A stretch of DNA of 16,800 bases from Paramoeba atlantica (GCA_977017575.1 CDRNVI010000241.1:1-16800), one strand, 5' to 3'; numbered from the stretch's first letter, positions 1-10,900 are shown. Notes: generated from the letters alone by a model not told the origin. Program-made: numbers and translations.

Positions 1-1412
1 AAAACTGATGTGTTGAAAGCAACAAATGAGTTTAACCATTCTTTGAACTTCACTGAAGCTGAAATGCTTGATTTTATTGCCTTGTGCCAGATTATATCTT
101 TCTACCCAGGACATAAAAGAAGGGATTTTTTTCGAATTTCAAAGGATTCAGCTGGATCTTCCTTGCATGGTACACTGCCTTATCTTGGGAAATATATCAG
201 TAGAAATCAGTTTGATATGATTGTCTCCTCTCTTAAACTTGCTCCTCTCTCTGCAAAACCCTCTTACACAGACTGTATGTGGGAAATTCGACCCCTGATT
301 GCTGCTTTTAATGAGAAGATGAAGACCATCTTTGTTCCAAGTTGGCAGGTCTGTCTGGATGAGTCTATGGTGGTGTGGTTCTGTAAATGGGCTCCTGGTT
401 GGATGTTTGTTCAGAGGGAACCTCATCCTTTTGGAAATGAATATCATACAATTGGTTGTGGGGAGACTAGAGTGATATTCTTTCTTGAAATTGTGGAAGG
501 AAAGTCCCATCCTCCTGAAATGGGCCTGCCCAAGTTTCAACCTCCATCTGGTTCTGGAGCGAAAACTGTTGGTTTAATGCTTAGAATGACTGAGGGAATT
601 TGGGGAACTGGTCGAGTAGTTGCTTTGGATAGTGGTTTTTGTGTGTTGGAAGGTTGTATTCAACTTCTTTGAGAAGGGATTGTATTGTACTTCAGTTGTG
701 AAGAAAAAATGATATTGGTCCAAAGGAATTCCAGGGGAAGAGATTGTTGCACACCTCAAGGAGAAGGAACCTGGTTATGTGTGAAAGTGAAGAAAGGATC
801 TCTGAGAGGTTATAAATTCTATGTGGAGGCTTTCCAAGATGTTCATCACTCTTCTATAATGATTAATACCTGGGGAACTTCTTTTCCCACTGGTTGCCTA
901 TGAAATTGCAAGCTTGAAGGCCAAAGACTCTCCCTGTGATATACTCAGCCTCTTGACTTTTACTATCAAACCAGGCATTGTGTGGATGATCACAACCAAC
1001 TGAGAAAAATGAGTCCACAGGCAGTTTGCTTTCATTCTTGTAGTTGTGGAAGTCAATGCCTTCCTCATATTTCAGCACTTTTTCCCCCAAGCCAAAGAGC
1101 TCTCCTTTGCAGAATTTCATTTTGAGGTTGCCCAAGGTCTACTCTCTCAGAATCATCCCTTGGATGAAGGCTATAACCTGCAAATACCACTCCCAACTCA
1201 TGTAGAATATCATCTGATGATTAAGCCCAACTTTGCTGGAGTTTGGTGAAATGGTAATTGGACTGAAGCCAGACAAGAGTACCAGAAGAGTAGATGCAAA
1301 TGGGACAAATTGTACAAAGAAAGTTCAAACCTATTGCTCCTGTGATCAAACACTCATTTTTTGTTCAGGTTGCTTTGCTGACCATATGAGCAGGCACATG
1401 ACTGAGGACTAA
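1..1412 (+). pseudogene. piggyBac-type DDD transposase (DDE_Tnp_1_7/PGBD-like), decayed, truncated by the left window edge
   Basis: Motifs WEIRPLIAAFN, CLDESM (Asp 358-360), REPHPFGNEYH and VVALDSGFC (Asp 628-630). Stitching frames adds VVKKK*YW, RHCVDDHNQLR (Asp 985-987), QFAFILVVVEVNA and a Cys-rich tail (RCK..CTKKVQTYCSC..FCSGCFADH) ending in TAA at 1410-1412. Frameshifts near 670, 778, 1020 (with a short deletion) and 1300. In-frame TGA stops at 710, 901, 937 and 1247. Confidence 0.9.
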
Positions 1413-1423
1413 TTAGTCCTTTT
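1404..1423. repeat. Perfect 16-bp palindrome AGGACTAATTAGTCCT (1405-1420), first copy of a subterminal repeat
   Basis: Read directly from the sequence. It overlaps the transposase stop codon. A near-identical copy lies at 1590-1608. Confidence 0.85.
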
Positions 1424-1589
1424 GAAAAATGATGATTTTTTTTTTTTGGTGACTCAATTTTTTTTTTCAAAAAACAATATTTGAACAAATATTTCTTGAT
1501 ATTCTTGTTTAAAAGATCTTTATTAAAAAGTTTATCAAAAAAAATCTCCCCTCCACCCACCAGTGGCTTCAAAAAAAGAGTCAAAAATA

Positions 1590-1608
1590 GAGGCCTAATT
1601 AGTCTTTT
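1590..1608. repeat. Second copy of the subterminal repeat, GAGGCCTAATTAGTCTTTT
   Basis: Matches GAGGACTAATTAGTCCTTT (1404-1422) at 17 of 19 positions and lies ~30 bp from the candidate TTAA end. Confidence 0.8.
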
Positions 1609-1654
1609 GGCTTGAAAGGAACTCGATTTTCTGGAGAGTTTAACAATTTTATTT

Positions 1655-1710
1655 GTTTTTTTTCTGGTTTTTCTGGTTTTTTCTTTTTTTCTGGTTTTTT
1701 CTTTTCTTTT
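1655..1710. repeat. T-rich low-complexity tract with repeated TTTTTCTGG units (A-rich on the minus strand)
   Basis: Three (T)nCTGG units among T runs, read directly. Confidence 0.8.
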
Positions 1711-3890
1711 GGAAGATGGTGAAACATTTCTCCCAGAGTCTCACAGTTTTTGTGCTGTGTGGTTCACATATCTCAGATCAATCTTTCTCTTTGGTATAAA
1801 AAGGCTGGAGATGCTGCTGTTGGTGAAGTCTCCTCTTTGTCCTGTTCCTTTGCATACTTCTTGAGTACTTTCTCTGGCCTTCTTTTCCATTGTTTATCCC
1901 TCTTGATTATCCTTGGTTTTGGTCTTTTCCCCTTTTGGAGTAGAGTTTCTCAAGCCAACTCCAAAACCCCCCCCTCTTATTTATCTTGATCTCAATCTTC
2001 CATCTTCTTTTCTTTCTGATTGCAATCTGAACCAATTGGGCCAATTCAACATTCAAATAGGTTCTTGGCTGTTTCCTCTTAACTGCCTAAAAGGTGGTTT
2101 GACAAAAGGTCTCAATATTCAGACCCCCCCCTTGCATCCCCTGAGGATCTCAGTGACCCTTATCAAGGGGGGAAATATTCATCCTTTTGGCCAACTGAGC
2201 TGATTGGCATTACTAGTCTGCTCCTCTTGGGTTCATATTTCTTCATCACTTTCTTTGAAATCTCCTTGAACCTCCTCATTTGATAACATCCACCTCTCAA
2301 GATCCTTGGATTTCCTAAAGTTGGTGTTAGAGAATCATTTTCTTCTATTCTTGTTGATAGGATTGAAGATTTCTCCTAAATCAAATTTCACTTTCTCATC
2401 CTTTCCATTCTCATGTGTCTCTCTCTCTCTTTTATTTCTTTCTCAAGTCCTAAATTCTCTTTCTCCATTTCCCCCTATTCCCCTCATTAATTCCACAAGC
2501 TGGTCTTCCACACCATGCTTGCATGAATTTGATCATGGTGACTACAATGATGAGGTACAAGAGTGCTTTTTAGGTGCAGAAAGTGCTTAGATTCTTTGAT
2601 CAAGGATATCTTTTGAGATATTGCATTCCTTCTGATGATGTGTGCGCTTTTTGTCCATCATCTTACCCTTCCTTCTTCTTTGCCTTCTTCTCCTCTGGTT
2701 TTTAATTTACTTTAAAGATGTCAGATCATGCAAGATGAACTTATGGACACAGGATTGGAAATTCAAAATTGATTATTCTTTGCTTCTATTTTTGATTCTG
2801 GTAATATTCCATTCAAGAGAAGATTTCTCATTTGTTTACAAAATGAATCAACCATTTGTTCAATTCAGGTCTATTGCTTTGTCTCCTCTCCAATATCTCT
2901 GCTTGTCCTTACCCCTCTCTTTAGGAGTTTGTTCATCAGTTATTCAAACTAAGTCTTGCTCAGATAAAGCATTAATCTTTTGGATGACTCTTTTGTGCCC
3001 TACATTTGGTTTTGACATGGGTGTGTGCACTCAACATCTTCCTCCATTCCAGATAAGGTTCAGTGAGAGCATCACCACTTGAGTGGCCTGGTGTTTGAGA
3101 CTGAAATTGAAAGTTGACCCATCAATGCATTAACAAATGTCTTATATAAAGTTGACCTATCAATTGCATACTCAGTGTTTTGGCCAATGCTGAAGCCTTG
3201 AGTGATGTGGGCTCTTGGAGTGCACACTGGAGAACAAGTTGACCCATGCAACACCTCAAACCCAAAATGATGACTGTTTGTTGAGGGAGCAAGTTGACTC
3301 ATGTTTTCTGATGACTCTTGTCTGGTTTGAGCAGGGGAGCAAAGTTTCAAAATAAATCTCTTTCCAGATCTCCAATGATGAGAGTGAAACTGTTATCTTG
3401 CTCATAATGAACAGTGACAGTTGGATCATTTTTGTTTGTCCAATTTTCTTTTGAGTTCATCAAGGTCTTTACAATTCTCAATCATTTCATTGAGTTGTGT
3501 CAGCATTTGCTTCTTTGCTGCTTGGAGGTTGATTTCCTCTTCTCTTTTCCTTTTAGGTGGTGGAGGGGTTTGGTCAGATTGAGCAAACCACTGAACCAGG
3601 TTCATGCAATTACTTGAGAACATTTCAAAAGCTATATGTTGCCATAAGTTGAGATGAGGGAGGACCAAGTCTTGTGTCCCTGGCCAATTCCTTTCACTTT
3701 CAAAAGTTTTCCAATGTTCAGCCAAAGACATTGAAGACTACTGTGATCAGTGTTTTCTTCATGAGCTTACATCAGGTTGCATTGACCCAGACAATGAAGA
3801 AGAAGAAGAAGAAGAACTTGAATCAGAGTTTCTTCAAACAATCAGTGTCAAGTCAAGATCACTGAAAATACATCCAGGAATAGAAGTCTC
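1700..3890 (-). pseudogene. Decayed coding remnant of unknown identity, possibly a retroelement ORF1/gag-like protein
   Basis: Minus-strand frames can be stitched through TGA/TAA/TAG stops. They give a poly-Ser stretch, MSLAEHWKTF..., a coiled-coil-like segment (KKQMLTQLNEMIENCKDLDELKRKLDK), VTVHYEQDNSFTLIIGD...TVIILGL, a possible degenerate knuckle (KCRAQKSHPKD*C) and a long K/E/R-rich tail. No family-diagnostic motif was recognised. Confidence 0.35.
3796..3816. repeat. (GAA)7 microsatellite
   Basis: Read directly. It encodes the poly-Ser stretch of the minus-strand remnant. Confidence 0.9.
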
Positions 3891-4242
3891 TGGTGAAAGA
3901 GTTTCTGTTTGGATCAATCAACAAAACAGGTTCTTTTTTTCCCTTTCACAACATCATCACCTTCAACTTCTACACATAACCTTTTCTTTCAAATCAAACA
4001 ATCCAATCATCAAAAAAATAATAAATACACACTTTTTTTCCTTTTTCTTTTTCTTTTTTGTTCCATTTCTTCAACCTTCACCATCTTTATTGAACCAAAA
4101 AACAAACAAATCAGAAAAAAGACCACAAGAGTGAACATATGGATATAACATCAGATTTTTTTTTGAAGGCTCAAAAGGAATATTTGAAGTCACTTCAATC
4201 CTAAAAAACACTATGATTGCAAGTGCAGCTTAAGCCCACTCT

Positions 4243-4549
4243 CATGTAAAGCATTAAACCAACAATTTTCACTCCAAAACCTGATGGAGGTTGAAACTTG
4301 GACAGGCCCTTTTCAGGAATTTCAAGAGGATGGAACTTTCCCTTGACAATTTCAAGAAAAAATATCACTCTAGTCTCCCCTCAACCAATTATATGATGTT
4401 CATTTCCAAAAAAATATGGTTTCTTTCTGAACAAACATTCAACCAGAAGTCCATTTGTAGAACCACACCACCATAGACTCATTCAAACAGACCTGACAGA
4501 GTTGTTAACTTGGAGCAAAGATGGTCTTCATCTTTTTGTTAAAAGCAAC
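4243..4549 (-). mobile_element. Internal fragment of a second copy of the same piggyBac family, inverted relative to ~300-590
   Basis: The reverse complement aligns by eye to ~300-590, e.g. GATGAAGACCATCTTTG, GAGTCTATGGTGGTGTGGTTCT, GGGGAGACTAGAGTGATATT, CCAAGTTTCAACCTCCATC and GGTTTAATGCTT. Identity is roughly 80-85%, estimated rather than computed. Confidence 0.92.
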
Positions 4550-4550
4550 A

Positions 4551-6735
4551 TGTAATTATAGATGGGGTGATCTCTCATGATGATAATGTGGTTAAAAAAG
4601 CAATTAAGGATTTTTGGGAGGGTCTTCTCAGCATATAAAGACCATATAACAAAGATTCTCTTGATGAACTGATTGCTGACCACCAACCTCATTTCCCCTC
4701 AGTTGAGAAACATGATGTGGACAGGAAGAAAGTCAATAAACTACTTCAGAGAACCAACAACACCAGCACAGGACCTGATGGTATTTCCTTCTCTTTGTAT
4801 AAGGCAACACAAGAGAAGTACTTTGATATGTGGGTAGAACTAATTCAACAAGCAAGTGAGGTTATGAATTTTCAGGAGATCAATTGATGAAGCAGTAGAA
4901 TCAGTATATGACTTTTTTTACAAAGCTTTGGCAGAGGGGAAAGATGTGACTTTCCTCCAAACAGACTTTTGCAAGATATATGATTATGTGAATTGTGATG
5001 CACTCCTTCATATTCTCAAAGGTTTGAACACCCCCCTCAAGCAATCTATGTTGTTGAGAAAGTCCTTTGTGAATATGTAACCTGGCTGCTAAATATTGGT
5101 GGATCCAAGAGGGCAGGCATCAAAGAATCAATCCAAAGATGAACAGGAGTTAGACAAGGATGCCCAATCTCCTCTCTATTGTTTGTGATTGTGTTTGACA
5201 TCCTCCTTGTGAGTCTGAAGAAGAAACACAACCCCCAAGATCTGCCAGGCTTTATGGATGATTTGGAAATGATACTTCAGAGAGCTGAAACCATCAATTC
5301 TCTCACTCCAACCTTTAAGAAATATAAAGAAGTGACTGGAGCTAAACTGAACTTTAATAAGTGCTTTGTTCTCTCAACTGAGTCTTACAAACCAGTAGGC
5401 CCCTGGTCTGAGATGGCAAGACTCAATTACTGTGGTGATGAAACTGGGAGTGAGATTGAGTAAATGGTTATCTCTTCTTAAAAATTGGGAGAAGGTGGTT
5501 CAAAAGATGAAGAAAGTTGGAACAGCAATTAAAAAGAGAGGTGGGAATTTTTGCTCAAGAGTGAAGATGGTCAATACCTATTTAACTCCATGTATGGAAT
5601 ACTTAGTGAGATTCAAGTTGATCCTAAAATCTGTCACCTCTTTGATGTAGAAATCCCTCTGCTCAGCCCTGGGTGCCTATGCCAACACTAAAACCTCTGT
5701 TCTTACTTTATGCTATCCCCTTTGAACTCAAATCCTCAACTACACCACTTCATTGTTTTTAATTGAGCTCTTTTCACCTCTTGTCCACCAATGAAGAGTG
5801 ACTATCAGAGTCCTCTCTCCATTGGAGTTATGTAGAAGGATGCTTTCATTGCAGTCCAAAGCCTTTCTTCCAAAGTTGTGTTTGGCCAAGCCACTTGTTG
5901 CATATACCAATATGTCTCAAATGATTCCAATTGAAATCAAAGACTTGTATGTAGAGGAAGAAAGAGCTGAGTGTGTGGTGTACAACTTGACTCATGCAAT
6001 TAGACCTTAGCTTAAGAGGAATTTACTTAAATTTCTAATAAAAGAGCTATCTACAAGAAACAAGTTGTTTCACTTCTCAAACTAAGATGCTCAGCTGTCA
6101 CTGAGAAAAGGAGTTATGATCTCATCTACTGGAAAAATGCTCTGTGGCTGAGGGTCTTCTTCAAGCAAGAGGAAGGAAATGTATTTTGCTGAAAGTACCC
6201 AACTGACAAGAAACTAAGAGTGTATGGTCTTGTCTTAAAGTATCTTACCAAGCAAGAAACCTCTGTGGTAAGTGTTGCCCTACTGAGTTTGTAGCTTACA
6301 ATGTATACAAAAGAAATTAAATCAGCTTAGTATACTAAAAAAAATTTTAGAAAAATCCTGAGAAAGAATAAAATCCTTCCTTAGCTTCTAAGGACTCAAA
6401 CTGAAAAAGGATCTAAAGAGAAAAAAAGTTTTAAATTCAAAAGCTTTTAAATGTTTTATAATGGTTCAAAACATACAAACCCTCATCTAGGGGGTGCAGG
6501 TTTTGCAGTTTTCAGAGAAAAAAGAGAGATATGTGGTGGGTTTGAAACCATTTCTCTTGGCTTTAACAATATTGGTGAATTTACAAGTTGCTTGAAAGGG
6601 ATACAAAGTATTAAATCAATGATAAAAGAGATTATAATTGTTGAAGATTGTATAATTCTTACCAAAGCAGTGTTCAAAACCCATACTAAAAAAAATTATA
6701 CTTTAAATGAATTACTTTGTGAAATTACAAGTTAA
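4551..6735 (+). mobile_element. L1-like non-LTR retrotransposon (LINE) ORF2 remnant: 5'-truncated, RT + zf-RVT + RNase H, many stops and frameshifts
   Basis: Stitched translation gives KKAIKDFWEGL, TGPDGISFSLY (GPDG 4771-4782), RSIDEAV, FLQTDFCKIYDYV, TGVRQGCPISSLLF, GFMDD (FMDD 5251-5262), KEVTGAKLNFNKC and SRVKMVNTYL. Then a zf-RVT-like segment (NLTHAIRP*LKRNLLKFLIKELSTRNKL..C..KCSVA) and RNase H. No endonuclease domain or ORF1 lies upstream in this orientation. Confidence 0.85.
6451..6735 (+). pseudogene. RNase HI-like domain (archaeal/plant-type, RVT_3-like) at the C-terminus of the LINE ORF2
   Basis: FYNGSKHTNPHLGGAG resembles FDGxxxGNPGxxGAG, with the first Asp changed to Asn. NNIGEF resembles NNxAEY, IIIVEDC resembles LxVxGDS, and KNYTLNELL resembles KxxxLxxL. 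It is in the same frame as the post-zf-RVT sequence from ~6088. The last catalytic motif is not recognisable. Confidence 0.75.
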
Positions 6736-6759
6736 GGCTTGAAGGTTTGCAACACTATA

Positions 6760-7965
6760 AGCAAGACAATTATTTAAGATAAGAAAAGTTTTGATATCAT
6801 CTTTGAACTTTAAAAATCAATATTTTATAATTACTTTTAAAACAAAAATTTTATCAATTCAATAAGAAAATAACTTATTATTGATATTTAGTGATGAAAA
6901 TAATATTACATGACACCATTCATTCACTGAGAAATTATATATTACCTTTAAGTTTGAAACAAAGGATATTGTTTTGATAATTATAAAAATTAAAAAACTC
7001 TATCTAATAATACCAATTATAAACATTAAAGTGATATAGAATTCATTTCAAGAGAAATAATATATATGGAAACAATTATATATTAAAACAACTTTGAGTT
7101 TTTTAGTATCTTTTTTACAATTAAAATCAGTTTCATTAATATTTATAATCAATTGAAAGTGAGCAGCATCAATTTTTTTTTGCAATTTTTTTGCATTTTA
7201 TTTCAGCTTTTCTTCAAACAAATTACACCTTTCTACCTTAAGTGACTTTGAATCAATAAGAAAAAGTTGTTTTTCACTTTAAACAAAGGAATAAATTAAG
7301 GTAAAAGAGATTACTTTTAAGAAAGTGATATTAATCCAATCTTTGAAAGTGGTTTGGATCAATGAAACTTGGTTTCTATTACATTTTTACATATATTTAA
7401 CAATTTTATCAATTTGAAAAGGTTCAATCTTTATAAAGTGTTTTCACATCTTTGATTTTACTCTAAAAAGCAAGTTACCCTAAGTTTTGAAAAGTTTTCT
7501 GTTTTGTTGTTAGTTAATTTGAAAAAAACAACTCACAGTTGTGAAAGTTATTATTCATTCTTTTTCATTTGAATTATTAAAAATTAATTTTTCATAAAAA
7601 CAATAATATTACTTTATTAAAATTTAATAAAGAGTTAACTTTTCTTATTCAAAGGTTTCATAAAAAAGAATGTATTCATAAACTAGAAGTTTTAAATTTT
7701 ACAATGAAATTACTTCAACAAGAAGGACAAAAGATTTTTTTTTTTTTTTGTGAAAGAAGAGAATAGATTCTTAAAAATGAGTTTAGGTGAAATGAAATAA
7801 TTAAACAAAAACCAATAAAAACAAACAAAAAACTAAAATCAATTTTAGAAATAAAACTAATTTTCTTTATTTGGTAAAAAAAAAAATATTTTTTTCAATT
7901 TGATTTTTATATTTTTTAAAAAAATAAGATTTTAAATATTCAAAAAAGAGAAAAAAATTTTTGAT
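6760..7965. other. Very AT-rich non-coding spacer with homopolymer runs
   Basis: No ORF of 60 aa or more in the supplied track. Composition shifts sharply relative to 1-6300, with long A/T runs near 7737-7749 and 7876-7896. Confidence 0.7.
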
Positions 7966-10900
7966 AAAAAAAGAAAATAAAAAATAAATCAAATACATCA
8001 ATTCAAAACAATTAAGAAATTTTATTGAACCAACTTAAAAAATATCATAGATCTGAAATATAAGTTCTAAAAATATCACAGAATCAGAAAATAAATTAAG
8101 GAATTGTATTCAATATGGAGACATAATTAAGAAATTGAAATTACAAAAAAATAATATGAAAAAAAGAAAATAAAAAATAAATCAAATACATCAATTCAAA
8201 ACAATTAAGAAATTTTATTGAACCAACTTAAAAAATATCATAGATCTGAAATATAAGTTCTAAAAATATCACAGAATCAGAAAATAAATTAAGGAATTGT
8301 ATTCAATATGGAGACATAATTAAGAAATTGAAATTACAAAAAAATAATATGAAAAAAAGAAAATAAAAAATAAATCAAATACATCAATTCAAAACAATTA
8401 AGAAATTTTATTGAACCAACTTAAAAAATATCATAGATCTGAAATATAAGTTCTAAAAATATCACAGAATCAGAAAATAAATTAAGGAATTGTATTCAAT
8501 ATGGAGACATAATTAAGAAATTGAAATTACAAAAAAATAATATGAAAAAAAGAAAATAAAAAATAAATCAAATACATCAATTCAAAACAATTAAGAAATT
8601 TTATTGAACCAACTTAAAAAATATCATAGATCTGAAATATAAGTTCTAAAAATATCACAGAATCAGAAAATAAATTAAGGAATTGTATTCAATATGGAGA
8701 CATAATTAAGAAATTGAAATTACAAAAAAATAATATGAAAAAAAGAAAATAAAAAATAAATCAAATACATCAATTCAAAACAATTAAGAAATTTTATTGA
8801 ACCAACTTAAAAAATATCATAGATCTGAAATATAAGTTCTAAAAATATCACAGAATCAGAAAATAAATTAAGGAATTGTATTCAATATGGAGACATAATT
8901 AAGAAATTGAAATTACAAAAAAATAATATGAAAAAAAGAAAATAAAAAATAAATCAAATACATCAATTCAAAACAATTAAGAAATTTTATTGAACCAACT
9001 TAAAAAATATCATAGATCTGAAATATAAGTTCTAAAAATATCACAGAATCAGAAAATAAATTAAGGAATTGTATTCAATATGGAGACATAATTAAGAAAT
9101 TGAAATTACAAAAAAATAATATGAAAAAAAGAAAATAAAAAATAAATCAAATACATCAATTCAAAACAATTAAGAAATTTTATTGAACCAACTTAAAAAA
9201 TATCATAGATCTGAAATATAAGTTCTAAAAATATCACAGAATCAGAAAATAAATTAAGGAATTGTATTCAATATGGAGACATAATTAAGAAATTGAAATT
9301 ACAAAAAAATAATATGAAAAAAAGAAAATAAAAAATAAATCAAATACATCAATTCAAAACAATTAAGAAATTTTATTGAACCAACTTAAAAAATATCATA
9401 GATCTGAAATATAAGTTCTAAAAATATCACAGAATCAGAAAATAAATTAAGGAATTGTATTCAATATGGAGACATAATTAAGAAATTGAAATTACAAAAA
9501 AATAATATGAAAAAAAGAAAATAAAAAATAAATCAAATACATCAATTCAAAACAATTAAGAAATTTTATTGAACCAACTTAAAAAATATCATAGATCTGA
9601 AATATAAGTTCTAAAAATATCACAGAATCAGAAAATAAATTAAGGAATTGTATTCAATATGGAGACATAATTAAGAAATTGAAATTACAAAAAAATAATA
9701 TGAAAAAAAGAAAATAAAAAATAAATCAAATACATCAATTCAAAACAATTAAGAAATTTTATTGAACCAACTTAAAAAATATCATAGATCTGAAATATAA
9801 GTTCTAAAAATATCACAGAATCAGAAAATAAATTAAGGAATTGTATTCAATATGGAGACATAATTAAGAAATTGAAATTACAAAAAAATAATATGAAAAA
9901 AAGAAAATAAAAAATAAATCAAATACATCAATTCAAAACAATTAAGAAATTTTATTGAACCAACTTAAAAAATATCATAGATCTGAAATATAAGTTCTAA
10001 AAATATCACAGAATCAGAAAATAAATTAAGGAATTGTATTCAATATGGAGACATAATTAAGAAATTGAAATTACAAAAAAATAATATGAAAAAAAGAAAA
10101 TAAAAAATAAATCAAATACATCAATTCAAAACAATTAAGAAATTTTATTGAACCAACTTAAAAAATATCATAGATCTGAAATATAAGTTCTAAAAATATC
10201 ACAGAATCAGAAAATAAATTAAGGAATTGTATTCAATATGGAGACATAATTAAGAAATTGAAATTACAAAAAAATAATATGAAAAAAAGAAAATAAAAAA
10301 TAAATCAAATACATCAATTCAAAACAATTAAGAAATTTTATTGAACCAACTTAAAAAATATCATAGATCTGAAATATAAGTTCTAAAAATATCACAGAAT
10401 CAGAAAATAAATTAAGGAATTGTATTCAATATGGAGACATAATTAAGAAATTGAAATTACAAAAAAATAATATGAAAAAAAGAAAATAAAAAATAAATCA
10501 AATACATCAATTCAAAACAATTAAGAAATTTTATTGAACCAACTTAAAAAATATCATAGATCTGAAATATAAGTTCTAAAAATATCACAGAATCAGAAAA
10601 TAAATTAAGGAATTGTATTCAATATGGAGACATAATTAAGAAATTGAAATTACAAAAAAATAATATGAAAAAAAGAAAATAAAAAATAAATCAAATACAT
10701 CAATTCAAAACAATTAAGAAATTTTATTGAACCAACTTAAAAAATATCATAGATCTGAAATATAAGTTCTAAAAATATCACAGAATCAGAAAATAAATTA
10801 AGGAATTGTATTCAATATGGAGACATAATTAAGAAATTGAAATTACAAAAAAATAATATGAAAAAAAGAAAATAAAAAATAAATCAAATACATCAATTCA

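Larger units (their letters stand above)
1..1643 (+). mobile_element. piggyBac-like DNA transposon, right portion with candidate right terminus at TTAA 1640-1643
   Basis: The transposase stop is followed by ~230 bp of AT-rich sequence with a duplicated palindromic motif, then ...CTGGAGAGT-TTAA. TTAA is the known piggyBac target site, and unrelated T-rich sequence follows. The left TIR is outside the window, so this terminus is unconfirmed. Confidence 0.55.

Noticed and set aside
1750-3082. Plus-strand hydrophobic ORFs (1750..1989, 2306..2590, 2642..3082) as membrane proteins
   Set aside because: They are F/L/S-rich antisense shadows of the purine-rich minus-strand remnant and contain no domain motif.
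4087-4099. 13-bp match TTTATTGAACCAA to the satellite unit
   Set aside because: Short, AT-rich and not extendable on either side, so compatible with chance.
7966-8158. Spliced-leader or other snRNA gene array, suggested by the nearby CRE element
   Set aside because: At 17.6% GC no convincing stem-loops are seen, there is no recognisable SL exon or donor, and only a loose AT7G stretch on the minus strand resembles an Sm site.
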